64,000 bases of DNA. Origin: a bacterium (GTDB taxonomy: Bacteria > SZUA-182 > DTGQ01 > JAFGSM01). Below, in pieces: positions 10,534 to 19,682 of the stretch. The notes under the pieces were generated by a model that saw only the letters and a list, made by a program, of their open reading frames with translations, had not been told where the DNA came from and did no database searches. The stretch is from positions 13,244 through 77,243 of the forward strand of contig JBLIRO010000007.1 of NCBI GenBank assembly GCA_049472335.1, in the 5' to 3' direction. Within the stretch, counting starts at the first letter, position 1. Every line of letters starts with the position of its first letter. Position numbers and translations under genes: made by a program.

Positions 10534-13500
10534 ATGACTTCGATAACGTGGCTTCATATATCAGACTTGCATGTTTGTCATCCAAAATACGGACACAGCT
10601 ATGAGGAAGTTGCGAAGAAGTTAGTGGACGATTTGAACCGTCTCAAGGATGAACACAACCTGATTCCAGACATGATCTTTTTTACAGGTGATATTGTATT
10701 CGGCCAGAAAAGCGCGGGTGAAGGGAAATCGATACCAGAACAGTATAAGGAAGCAAATATATTCCTTGAAAGCATTAGGACCACTTTTGACGAAGGCTTT
10801 CCCAAAAAAAATATTTTTCTTGTCCCTGGCAATCACGATATAAACCTTACGGTTGACAATAAGTCTCTTATACTATGGCTTCGGGAAAAAGCGGATCTCC
10901 TGAAGTTAACGGAGGTGATCCACGAACCTGCCAGTCTATGGCAGTCTTATATAACTAAATTTAAAGAATATGAAGAGTTTTTAAAAACTTACGGATACGA
11001 GCATCTAATAGGTGATCCGTCAAAAGCTATTTATTCCGATATACGGGAATTCAAAGGGATCAAGGTCGCTATTGCAGGTTTCAATTCTGCATGGTCATCT
11101 TCCGGGAAAGGGAAAAAGGAAAAGGGAAAGCTTTGGCTGGATGGAGAACGGCAATTGTCATCCTTTCGGGCAATCCTCAATAAGGCTAATTTCTCCATAG
11201 CCTTGATGCACCACCCTCTTAGCTGGTTTACAAAAAAAGAATTCCCTTTTTTTCAACGCAAACTGGAACCTGAATTCAAATTTCTGCTTCATGGTCATTA
11301 TCATACAAGCTGGATAACTCAGATTAATGAACATAATCGGATTGCCGCAGGACCTTGCTACTATAATACGGAGAAAGAACCAGGATATAATTTCGTTCGT
11401 TTGAACCTTGAAGAGGGAAAAGGTGAAGTATGGCTCAGGGAATATAATCCATCTGGACCCGGTGAATGGGTTCCATGTCAAACAGACGATGGACAAACGG
11501 ATCAATATGGAAGATATTATTTGATGAATGTCGCCTGGTTGAAGGATATGAAGGATACTCTGAGCATAGGCGCAGGAATAGAAAACGGAGAAACATCTCC
11601 ATCAAGGGTGTATGAAATTCCCAGCATTCATGAAAAAACAGGCATCGAAACATTTCATTCAGATGTTTTTTTACCCGCCCGACTGATTTGTAAGTTTTAT
11701 GAAACTATACATAGTATGGATAAGAGAGAGCTACACGAAGAGGTTTTTCAGGGTGGTCCTACACGAATCAAAGACATGTTCTTACCAAAAGAGGATATAG
11801 ACTTCCAAATGGTGGACCTGAAAAAAGATATTGAGATCCCATTTGAAAAAAAAGGGCCATGGCTCCAAGAATTAAGAACGGAAGAGCAAATCCGAAATCA
11901 CTTCATCCCTTTATGTAAGATATTTAAACATATAGATGAATGGATTTCCAAGGACAGGGATATACTTCTGTATGGCCCCCCATTCTGCGGCAAGACAAGC
12001 CTCCTGACATTTCTGTCGTTGGAAGCCAAGAGGCGATATGGAGACCAGTTGCCCATTGTGCGGCTTAAACCAACCAAGGATCTAAAAAGTGAAGAGATAG
12101 AGGGGGCAGTGACAAGACTGCTTCAACACCTTGAGCATATGGATATCTTTGGCAAAAAAAACCAGGCAATTCTGGTGGTTGACAATATTCATAAGCCCGG
12201 GATATTTGCCATAACCAGAGAATTATTAAAATCACCCCATCATTGCAGGGTCTGGGGCGCCGCCCGTTGCTCCCGATTCGATGAAATCCTGAGCAAGGAC
12301 GAGGAAAATCCATGGAATAAAAAAGGGATTATAAAATATGATTGTGGATTGATTGAAGAAAAAGACGTTGATTATTTCACCGATCATGTTCTAAAGCCCC
12401 TGTTAATTGCCAATGGAGAAGAAAATCAGATTGATGATGTAAAAGCCACTATAAAGTCTATGGACCGAACACCGATCAGGTTCCTTTGTCAAGTGTGGAA
12501 ATTGATTAAAGACAAAAGACTCGATGAAGGCCTTGGATATGCTTCATTGATAAGAAAAGAACCTACAGGTGTGGACGAGATTGTAAGGTCGATTTTACCT
12601 CACAATATCGCCGGTTTAAAGGCAATTGCCATCGCTGCCTTTCTTCAGGGGCCGTCTTGGGAGCTATTAACATATGTTCTTTCAAAAACCGAGAGTTTCG
12701 GAGATGATCTGGCAGCAGAAACCATAACGGATTTGCGCCAATCTCTTGCATTATCTAATGATCCGGAAGAACCAAACAAGGTCTTCATGTATGCCCAGAT
12801 ACAGGAAGAGATTTGCAGACCGGGGAATCTCTCGGATTTCTTTAAGAATGAGATCTGGGGAGGGATCCAAGGATTTCTTAAAGACTGGAAGCATCTAAAA
12901 GAACAGGGTTCCCATGAAAAACTATGCACATTCTGGCTATCCCTATCGGACCTGGCAAAGGAAAATGATCAGAAAGAGATCGCCGTAAATAGTGCTGAAA
13001 GAGCCCTGGAATATGCCTCCGGAGAACAGGAAATAAAGGCCCTGTTTGAAATAGCATTGGCAACAAATCGCCTTAAGGGGAAATGGTGTGAAGACACCAT
13101 CAATCTACTTTGGCGTGCGGTTGAAAAATCCGGGCAAATGGAAAAAGTAACATTAGACGCTGCTTATGCAAAGGCAATTCTTGGAAACCTTTTTCTCAAT
13201 ATCGACCCGCCAAATATTGAAAGGGCCATATCTTTCTTGCACGAAGCCAAAAATGCCTGCGAATTCCTCGGGGCAGACTCAGACGTAGGGCATCTGAATA
13301 AAATGCTTGCACTTGCGAAGATAAATCAAGGGGACAATAAGATCATGCAGGCTGTCCATCATGCGCGACAGGCACTGGAAACATATCGTAAAATCAAGGA
13401 TATTACCAAGGAGATAGAAAGCCTTTATTTGCTTGCTTACTGCCTGCGGATGCAATCAAAACCGGATTGGCCTCAGGCAATCACTTGTTATGGGGAAGCT

Positions 13501-16500
13501 TTGGATCTTTTGAAAGAGCCGGAGCAGCAAGCTGAGCGTGCACAGGCTCTTTATCAGATGGCATTTTGTCTTTATAATCAGGTTAATCCTGATTGGTCTT
13601 CAGCAATCAGGGCATCCGATGAATCTGTCAAGATTCTTAGAGGACTTAAAGACACGCAAGGTTTGATCGATCATTTATTACAGTTTGCATGGTTGTGCCA
13701 TAATCAGGCTAAACCGAACTGGGAAGAGGCAATCTCAAGTTACCGGGAAACACTTGAACTTCCAAAGGCCCCCGAACAAAATGCCGACCGGGCCCTGATT
13801 TTTTATCTGCTGGGATATTGCCTATATAATCAACCTGATCCGGATTGGTCCGGGGCTATCATGTATTTTCAGGATGCGTTGAAACTACAACAGAACCAGG
13901 GACAAGATATAGATAAAGGACTGACACTCTATCAGTTGGCCTTTTGTCTCCATAATAAACCTGAGCCGGATTGGGAAGAAGCTATCAGATCTTATCAGGA
14001 TGCATTAAGGTTCCTGACAGGACCAACTCAACAGACAGAACGGGCGGAGGCATTATTTTATCTGGCATACTGCCTGTATAATCAACCGAAACCTGACTGG
14101 GCCTCAACGATCGCTTGTTACCAAGGTGCACTGGAGCTTCTTACGGACCCGGGAAAAAAAGAAGAACGGTCGGAATCATTTTATCAACTGGCCTTTTGTC
14201 TCCATAACCAATCGGACCCGGACTGGGCAGAGGCCATAGCTTGTTACAAGGAAGCTTTAGAGCTGCTTACCGATACAGGGGAACAATCAGACAGAGCAAT
14301 GGTCCTTTATCAACTGGCCTTTTGCCTTCATAACCAGCCGGACCCGGACTGGGCAGAGGCCATAACACATTACAGGGAAGCCCTGGAACTATTTATTGAT
14401 CCAGAGCACTGGGCTGACAGGGCAATGACATTGCATCAGTTGGCCTTTTGCCTTCATAGCCAGCCGGATCCGGATTGGGCGGAATCTATCGTCCGGTACA
14501 GGGAAGCCTTAGACCTGCTTACTGATCCGGAATACGAATCTGAAAGAGCAATGACACTTTATCAACTGGCCTTTTGCCTCCATTATCAGCCGGATCCGGA
14601 TTGGGCACAGGCGATAACTTACTATAGTAAGGCCTTGGAGCTACTTACCGGTTCAGAACAACAATCAGACAGGGGAATGACTTTATATCAGACTGCCCTT
14701 TGCCATCAATATCAGCCGGATCCGGATTGGGCACAGGCTATAATACACTACCAGGAAGCATCGGAACTACTTACTGATACGGAACATGAAGCTGAGCGGA
14801 TACAATCACTTTACTGGTTGGCATTTTGTTTCCATAATCAACCTGAGCCAGACTGGGCACAGGCTATACAATATTACCGGAAGGTATTGGAACTTCTTTC
14901 GGGACCGGAACATCAATACGAAAGGGCACTATCACTCTACCAGTTGGCTTTTTGCCTTTACAACCAGCCTGAACCTGATTGGCCGGAAGCAATCAAAGCC
15001 TCCATAGAATCTGTCGAGATTTTCGAAAGCCTGGATGATAAGCAAGGCTTGCTGGATTCTCTGCTTCAGTTTGCCTGGTTGTGCCATAATCAGTGCTATC
15101 CTGATTGGTTCAGAGCGATCAGCAGTTACCAGGAAGCCTTAGAACTGCTTACAGGGCCGGAACATAGAACCGAACGTGCTCGAACTCTGTATCATTTAGG
15201 ATTTTGCCTTCAAAACCTTATGGAACCTAAATGGTCTGAAGCTATTACATGTTATATGCAAGCTTTAGAAATACAAACAGATGAAAAGCAACAGACTGAT
15301 AGGGCAAAAACCCTTTATCAATTGGCATTTTGTTTTCAACATCAGGGGGAACCAAACTGGTCAAGGGCGATTACCTGTTACCGCAAAGCATTAGAGCTCC
15401 AGACAGACCCGGAGCAGAAAACTGAGAGGGGACAAACTTTATATCAATTGGCATTTTGTCTCCACAATAGGCAGAAACCAAATTGGTCAGTGGCAATCAA
15501 ATATTATCAAGAGGCATTGGAACTTCAGACGGATACGGAAGAAGATCGCAAAGAAAGAGCAAAGACCCTTTATCAACTGGCATCCTGCTTTCACAAAAGG
15601 CCGACCCCTAATTTTTCAAAAGCAATCCTCTATTATAACGAAGCTTTAGAAATTCAAACGGACCCGGATCAAAGAATCGATCGGGCACGAACGCTCTATC
15701 ATTTGGCATCTTGCCTCCGTAATCAGCCGGAACCGGATTTGTTCCAGGCAGCCGCCTATTACAGAGAGGCACTGAGACTTCAATCAGATCCCGATCAAAG
15801 ATATGACCGGGCAATGACTCTGTATTGGTTAGCGTATTGCGTTTATAAACAACCGGATCCGGATTGGTCCGAGGCAATCAATGTATCGCGTGAATCAGTA
15901 AAAATCTTTAAGGATCTGGAAAAAAATGATGAACTATTGGATTCCTTGATACAGCATGCCTGGTTATGTTACAACCAACCGAAGCCGGACTGGTCTGAGG
16001 CAATAACCCATTACCGGGAGCTAATAGAACTCCAATCGGATCCGGATCAGCAGGCAAACAAGGCAAGATCCCTTTATCTGCTGGCTTATTGTCTCCATAA
16101 TCAGCCTGATCCTGACTGGTCAGAAGCGATAATGTATTACCAGGAAGCTCTAGAATTTCAGACATCTTCAGAACAACAACTCGACAGGGCATGGACACTT
16201 TATCAATTGGCATATTGTCTTCATAATCAATCCGAACCCAACTGGTCTGAAGCCATTAAATATTACCAGGAGGCACTAAGATTACAGATTAATCCTGAAC
16301 AAAGGGCTAACCGTGCACTGACTCTATACTGGATTGCTTCTTGCCTTCATAATCAGCCGGAGCCGGATTGGTCTATGGCCATCAAAACGTCGAAAGAATC
16401 TGTAGAAATCTTTAAGGACCTGAATAAAAAGCAGGATCTTTTGGATTCTTTAATACAGTTTGCCTGGTTGTGTCATAACAAACCGGAGCCGGATTGGGAC

Positions 16501-17475
16501 AATGCAATCAAGTATTATCTTGAGGCTTTGGAATTACAAACAGAGCCGGAACAGCAAGACGACAGGGCATTGAACCTTTTTCAACTGGCAGCCTGTTACC
16601 ATCAAAAACTGGAGCCGGATTGGGACAACGCGATCAAATGTTACAATGAAGCATTGGATTTGCAAACGGATAAGGATCAGCTGGACAACAGGCCACGCAT
16701 GCTTTGTCGTCTGGCTTTTTGCTACCATAATAAGCCTGAGCCGGACTGGGCCCAGGCAATAGATTGTTATCGAAAGGCGCTGGATTTACTAACCTCTCCG
16801 GAGCAAAGATCCGAACGGGCACGGACCCTTTATCAGTTGTCGTATTGTCTTTATAAACAGCCGGAACCGGATTGGGATAACGCAGGCAGGTTTGCAAAAG
16901 AAGGGCTTGAGCTTTCCCGGCTTCTTGGAGAAAGGAGACAACCGCCGTTGCCTCCTTCTCAACTGGCAAGTATATTCGAGGAAATGTCGAGTCCGGATCT
17001 GGAGGCAGCTACCGATTTCCGGCGAGAGTCGGTTGAAACCTTAAAAAACGTGAATAGCATCTTTGATCTCATTGTCACAGTCGACAGAAAAAGCGAATTC
17101 AACGAAGGCGACTATTGGGCAAAGAAGCTCGAGAATACAAGGCTTATCGACATTGATGAATCTGATAATATCGCTTTGGAGGATCAAAGGATGGCCTTTT
17201 TGGATCTCCGCCGAAATGACCTAGACGGGGTTTTCAGTATTGCCAAAAAACTCCATAACGGTCCTCAGCATTCCCGGGCGCTCGGGCTGGCAGCCATTGC
17301 CCACTTCGCAAAGGATGAAAGCGATGCCGCTCTTGAGGATTTGATAAACGCAAAAGCAGGTCGTGAAGACCTTACCTGGCTGAAAAAAATAGCCGAAGGA
17401 TACTTTAAAAGATATAACAGGGATAAGCTGGAAGGCTTCTTAACACTGGTTGATGAGGCAACACAAACTGGATGA
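10534..17475 (+). CDS. giant multidomain protein: metallophosphoesterase, P-loop NTPase, 28 x 42-aa TPR-like repeats and a unique C-terminal domain
   Basis: 2313-aa uninterrupted ORF. The five calcineurin-like phosphoesterase motifs occur in order (HISDLH, FTGDIVF, VPGNHD, LMHHP, LHGHYH). Walker A is LLYGPPFCGKTSLL (nt 11974-11997) and Walker B is AILVVDNIH (~12169-12192). The 126-bp repeat array spans 13414-16945. Confidence 0.9.
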   Translation: MTSITWLHISDLHVCHPKYGHSYEEVAKKLVDDLNRLKDEHNLIPDMIFFTGDIVFGQKSAGEGKSIPEQYKEANIFLESIRTTFDEGFPKKNIFLVPGNHDINLTVDNKSLILWLREKADLLKLTEVIHEPASLWQSYITKFKEYEEFLKTYGYEHLIGDPSKAIYSDIREFKGIKVAIAGFNSAWSSSGKGKKEKGKLWLDGERQLSSFRAILNKANFSIALMHHPLSWFTKKEFPFFQRKLEPEFKFLLHGHYHTSWITQINEHNRIAAGPCYYNTEKEPGYNFVRLNLEEGKGEVWLREYNPSGPGEWVPCQTDDGQTDQYGRYYLMNVAWLKDMKDTLSIGAGIENGETSPSRVYEIPSIHEKTGIETFHSDVFLPARLICKFYETIHSMDKRELHEEVFQGGPTRIKDMFLPKEDIDFQMVDLKKDIEIPFEKKGPWLQELRTEEQIRNHFIPLCKIFKHIDEWISKDRDILLYGPPFCGKTSLLTFLSLEAKRRYGDQLPIVRLKPTKDLKSEEIEGAVTRLLQHLEHMDIFGKKNQAILVVDNIHKPGIFAITRELLKSPHHCRVWGAARCSRFDEILSKDEENPWNKKGIIKYDCGLIEEKDVDYFTDHVLKPLLIANGEENQIDDVKATIKSMDRTPIRFLCQVWKLIKDKRLDEGLGYASLIRKEPTGVDEIVRSILPHNIAGLKAIAIAAFLQGPSWELLTYVLSKTESFGDDLAAETITDLRQSLALSNDPEEPNKVFMYAQIQEEICRPGNLSDFFKNEIWGGIQGFLKDWKHLKEQGSHEKLCTFWLSLSDLAKENDQKEIAVNSAERALEYASGEQEIKALFEIALATNRLKGKWCEDTINLLWRAVEKSGQMEKVTLDAAYAKAILGNLFLNIDPPNIERAISFLHEAKNACEFLGADSDVGHLNKMLALAKINQGDNKIMQAVHHARQALETYRKIKDITKEIESLYLLAYCLRMQSKPDWPQAITCYGEALDLLKEPEQQAERAQALYQMAFCLYNQVNPDWSSAIRASDESVKILRGLKDTQGLIDHLLQFAWLCHNQAKPNWEEAISSYRETLELPKAPEQNADRALIFYLLGYCLYNQPDPDWSGAIMYFQDALKLQQNQGQDIDKGLTLYQLAFCLHNKPEPDWEEAIRSYQDALRFLTGPTQQTERAEALFYLAYCLYNQPKPDWASTIACYQGALELLTDPGKKEERSESFYQLAFCLHNQSDPDWAEAIACYKEALELLTDTGEQSDRAMVLYQLAFCLHNQPDPDWAEAITHYREALELFIDPEHWADRAMTLHQLAFCLHSQPDPDWAESIVRYREALDLLTDPEYESERAMTLYQLAFCLHYQPDPDWAQAITYYSKALELLTGSEQQSDRGMTLYQTALCHQYQPDPDWAQAIIHYQEASELLTDTEHEAERIQSLYWLAFCFHNQPEPDWAQAIQYYRKVLELLSGPEHQYERALSLYQLAFCLYNQPEPDWPEAIKASIESVEIFESLDDKQGLLDSLLQFAWLCHNQCYPDWFRAISSYQEALELLTGPEHRTERARTLYHLGFCLQNLMEPKWSEAITCYMQALEIQTDEKQQTDRAKTLYQLAFCFQHQGEPNWSRAITCYRKALELQTDPEQKTERGQTLYQLAFCLHNRQKPNWSVAIKYYQEALELQTDTEEDRKERAKTLYQLASCFHKRPTPNFSKAILYYNEALEIQTDPDQRIDRARTLYHLASCLRNQPEPDLFQAAAYYREALRLQSDPDQRYDRAMTLYWLAYCVYKQPDPDWSEAINVSRESVKIFKDLEKNDELLDSLIQHAWLCYNQPKPDWSEAITHYRELIELQSDPDQQANKARSLYLLAYCLHNQPDPDWSEAIMYYQEALEFQTSSEQQLDRAWTLYQLAYCLHNQSEPNWSEAIKYYQEALRLQINPEQRANRALTLYWIASCLHNQPEPDWSMAIKTSKESVEIFKDLNKKQDLLDSLIQFAWLCHNKPEPDWDNAIKYYLEALELQTEPEQQDDRALNLFQLAACYHQKLEPDWDNAIKCYNEALDLQTDKDQLDNRPRMLCRLAFCYHNKPEPDWAQAIDCYRKALDLLTSPEQRSERARTLYQLSYCLYKQPEPDWDNAGRFAKEGLELSRLLGERRQPPLPPSQLASIFEEMSSPDLEAATDFRRESVETLKNVNSIFDLIVTVDRKSEFNEGDYWAKKLENTRLIDIDESDNIALEDQRMAFLDLRRNDLDGVFSIAKKLHNGPQHSRALGLAAIAHFAKDESDAALEDLINAKAGREDLTWLKKIAEGYFKRYNRDKLEGFLTLVDEATQTG
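13414..16945 (+). repeat. in-frame tandem array of 28 x 126 bp (42 aa) inside the giant ORF
   Basis: The repeat consensus is RAxTLYQLAFCLHNQPDPDWxEAIxYYxEALELxTDPEQxxD. I counted the units by hand. One unit has an extra codon. Confidence 0.9.
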
Positions 17476-17631
17476 AGCCTTTAAACCGGCAGCATAGATT
17501 ATTATCTTGTTTTGGCTTCCTTTTTTGCCCACTTTGTGTCCTCTAAGATAAATCTGTCCATCAGTTTGATCCTGTTCCTTCGAACAACTTCAAAAATTGC
17601 TGCCAAGAAAAATTCAGACTTTACACATTAA

Positions 17632-18048
17632 TTATAGGGATTGTATAAAACCTTCCCTAATTAAATAGCTTGTTATAGCACTCGTTATCTTTTCTGCAAT
17701 CTTAAGGTCCTCTTTGGCTTCCTCCTTACCAATACTCAAATCAAACTCATAATCTCCAATTTGCCTTTCACGAAAAAGACGGGTAAGCAATTTACTAAAC
17801 TCTTTTGAAAAAATAGAAGTTTTAATGAAATACTGATTAAAAGCACTAATCACGGCAGAATGTTTGGAAAAAACAAGTTGTCTCGTCAGTAGAATAGCTT
17901 CCATTGCATAGAAAGCTGCATAGTAAGCCCTGGATGAGGCAAAGTCATAGTCACCTTCATCAATCTGCCGTTTTGCAGATGCAACAGATCTGTTAGCCTT
18001 TTCTATCATCGTTTTTAATTGATCTCTGAGTAATTTATCATTGTTCAT
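17632..18048 (-). CDS. HEPN domain protein (toxin of a MNT-HEPN pair)
   Basis: 138 aa with the PF05168-like pattern GDYDFASSRAYYAAFYAMEAILL...SKHSAV...RERQIGDYE. It overlaps the upstream nucleotidyltransferase gene by 4 bp. Confidence 0.8.
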   Translation of the reverse strand: MNNDKLLRDQLKTMIEKANRSVASAKRQIDEGDYDFASSRAYYAAFYAMEAILLTRQLVFSKHSAVISAFNQYFIKTSIFSKEFSKLLTRLFRERQIGDYEFDLSIGKEEAKEDLKIAEKITSAITSYLIREGFIQSL

Positions 18049-18365
18049 AAGACTATCCCTTCTTTTGTAACATTCATCAAAAGGGGACTATAGATCTGCC
18101 TTTGATATCTTTCTTCTGAGATAGCAAATGCAGAAATAACCGCATTATATTGATAAAGGGCCTCACCTGTTATTTCATCGATGATCTGGTTGACGTTCCG
18201 CGATACCTTGTCAACAACTACTAAACAATCATAATCGGAGCCTTGAACATCATCTCCTCGCGCCCTTGATCCAAATAAAATAACCTGTTTAAGGTGACTG
18301 CCTATTTTTTTTCGAATTTGAGACACAAGGTATTCCAATACTTCATCTTTTCTGACATGCTTCAT
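18045..18365 (-). CDS. minimal nucleotidyltransferase (MNT antitoxin)
   Basis: 106 aa with the LFGSRARGDDVQGSDYDCLVVVD pol-beta-type NTase motif. Confidence 0.9.
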   Translation of the reverse strand: MKHVRKDEVLEYLVSQIRKKIGSHLKQVILFGSRARGDDVQGSDYDCLVVVDKVSRNVNQIIDEITGEALYQYNAVISAFAISEERYQRQIYSPLLMNVTKEGIVL

Positions 18366-18636
18366 TATTTCCCCCTGAATGATAGAAAGAAGAGCGCCAT
18401 TCTTCGTTTATGTAAAATGTACTTTTATTCATTGACATTTTACCAACCCTTTTATAACATTTCAATTGATTTAAATTAATATATTAACAATACGTTAAGT
18501 TTCATTTTTTCTCCAAAAATCAAATTTAAATCATTACATATAGGAGAAATTATTTATGAGACCAATTACTAGTCGAGATAGAGTAAGAGATATTTTTAAT
18601 CTTTTTTCAAGTAGAATTAGAGAAAATAGTAATAAT

Positions 18637-18912
18637 TTAATAAACCTGATCATGTGGTCCAATATTGACAGGAACAATGGTTTTTTCTGAAATGAAAAAT
18701 TCCATGGTAATGCGATAGGAGATATTGATTGATACCGAGTAGAGATCCTTTAGATTACCAGATAACATATGCAGCCTTAATGAAGGGTGATAAGGATTTA
18801 ATTCTAGAAGTTTTAATACCTTTTCATAATGGCCAAGTAATTCCGGGTGTTTCCTGGCAAATTTTTTTGCCCGCTTGATATAGCTCTTAGTGTAGATGAG
18901 AGCGTAACTCAT
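18637..18912 (-). CDS. RelE/StbE (YafQ-like) family type II toxin
   Basis: 91 aa ending in ...HMLSGNLKDLYSVSINISYRITMEF...VNIGPHDQVY. It overlaps the upstream antitoxin by 4 bp. Confidence 0.7.
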   Translation of the reverse strand: MSYALIYTKSYIKRAKKFARKHPELLGHYEKVLKLLELNPYHPSLRLHMLSGNLKDLYSVSINISYRITMEFFISEKTIVPVNIGPHDQVY

Positions 18913-19163
18913 CCCTTAGTAATGCGCTTGATGTGATCTTCCACATCTTCTTTTATATAATTACCAGTTTCTAATTCCCTGCGGGCATCTGCAAGGGCTG
19001 CTTCCAGCTCATATTCCCGAAAACGGTTGTAGGTTTCCATATCGACCACCACATATTTACCTTTTCCCCTGACTGTTATGATTACTTCTTCCTGATCTTT
19101 TATTAAATCATCTATCACAGATACCCCTTTTTTCTTCAACTCATTTGCAGATATATATGTCAT
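18909..19163 (-). CDS. Phd/YefM-type antitoxin
   Basis: 84 aa; the sequence ISANELKKKGVSVIDDL...VIITVRGKGKYVVVDMETYNRFREYE is typical of prevent-host-death antitoxins. Confidence 0.65.
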   Translation of the reverse strand: MTYISANELKKKGVSVIDDLIKDQEEVIITVRGKGKYVVVDMETYNRFREYELEAALADARRELETGNYIKEDVEDHIKRITKG

Positions 19164-19328
19164 AGAGTACCCCCAATCTTTAAATTTATAATCTACTTTT
19201 ATACACCATAATAAATACTATTAATAGTTTTGTCAATAGCTCATTTAGATTAAATAATTAAAGTACATTTAAATATACTCCCAGCAATCAAAATATATTT
19301 TAAAAATCCTGAATAGATATTGAGCAAT
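18952..19328. repeat. direct repeat copy 1 (antitoxin gene plus its upstream region)
   Basis: It aligns by eye with 19471-19850 at an offset of ~520 bp, with only scattered mismatches across the antitoxin ORF and ~80 bp upstream. Confidence 0.8.
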
Positions 19329-19460
19329 ATCATTATATTCTCTTACAATAAACATACTGAAGGCAATGTCATTGAGTTAAGCATTTACCGTTAAAATATC
19401 CTCTTTTTAAAGGAGCAATTAAGTATTGTGTCCCCTTAATTTCCCCTCCTTAATTTCCCC

Positions 19461-19682
19461 TTAATTTCCCTTTATATAATCACCATTTTCTAATTCCCTG
19501 CGGGCATCTGCAAGGGCTGCTTCCAGCTCATATTCCCGAAAACGGTTGTAAGTTTCCATATCGAGCACCACATATTTACCTTTCCCCCTGACTGTTATTA
19601 TTACTTCTTCCTGATCTTTTATAACATCATCTATCACAGATACCCCTTTTTTCTTCAACTCATTTGCAGATATATACGTCAT
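19461..19682 (-). CDS. orphan paralog of the Phd/YefM-type antitoxin (no cognate toxin downstream)
   Basis: 73 aa, nearly identical to the 18909-19163 product through residue ~65, with a divergent truncated C-terminus (GDYIKGN). Confidence 0.6.
   Translation of the reverse strand: MTYISANELKKKGVSVIDDVIKDQEEVIITVRGKGKYVVLDMETYNRFREYELEAALADARRELENGDYIKGN

Noticed and set aside
15608-16969. Minus-strand ORFs 15608-15877, 15908-16213, 16534-16728 and 16634-16969, and other alternate-frame ORFs inside the giant gene (for example 10599-10836, 11158-11653, 12065-13066, 14786-15007)
   Set aside because: All are embedded in a 6.9-kb uninterrupted sense ORF with clear domain motifs. The periodic repeat sequence keeps the antisense frames open by chance. 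They have no SD or motif support.
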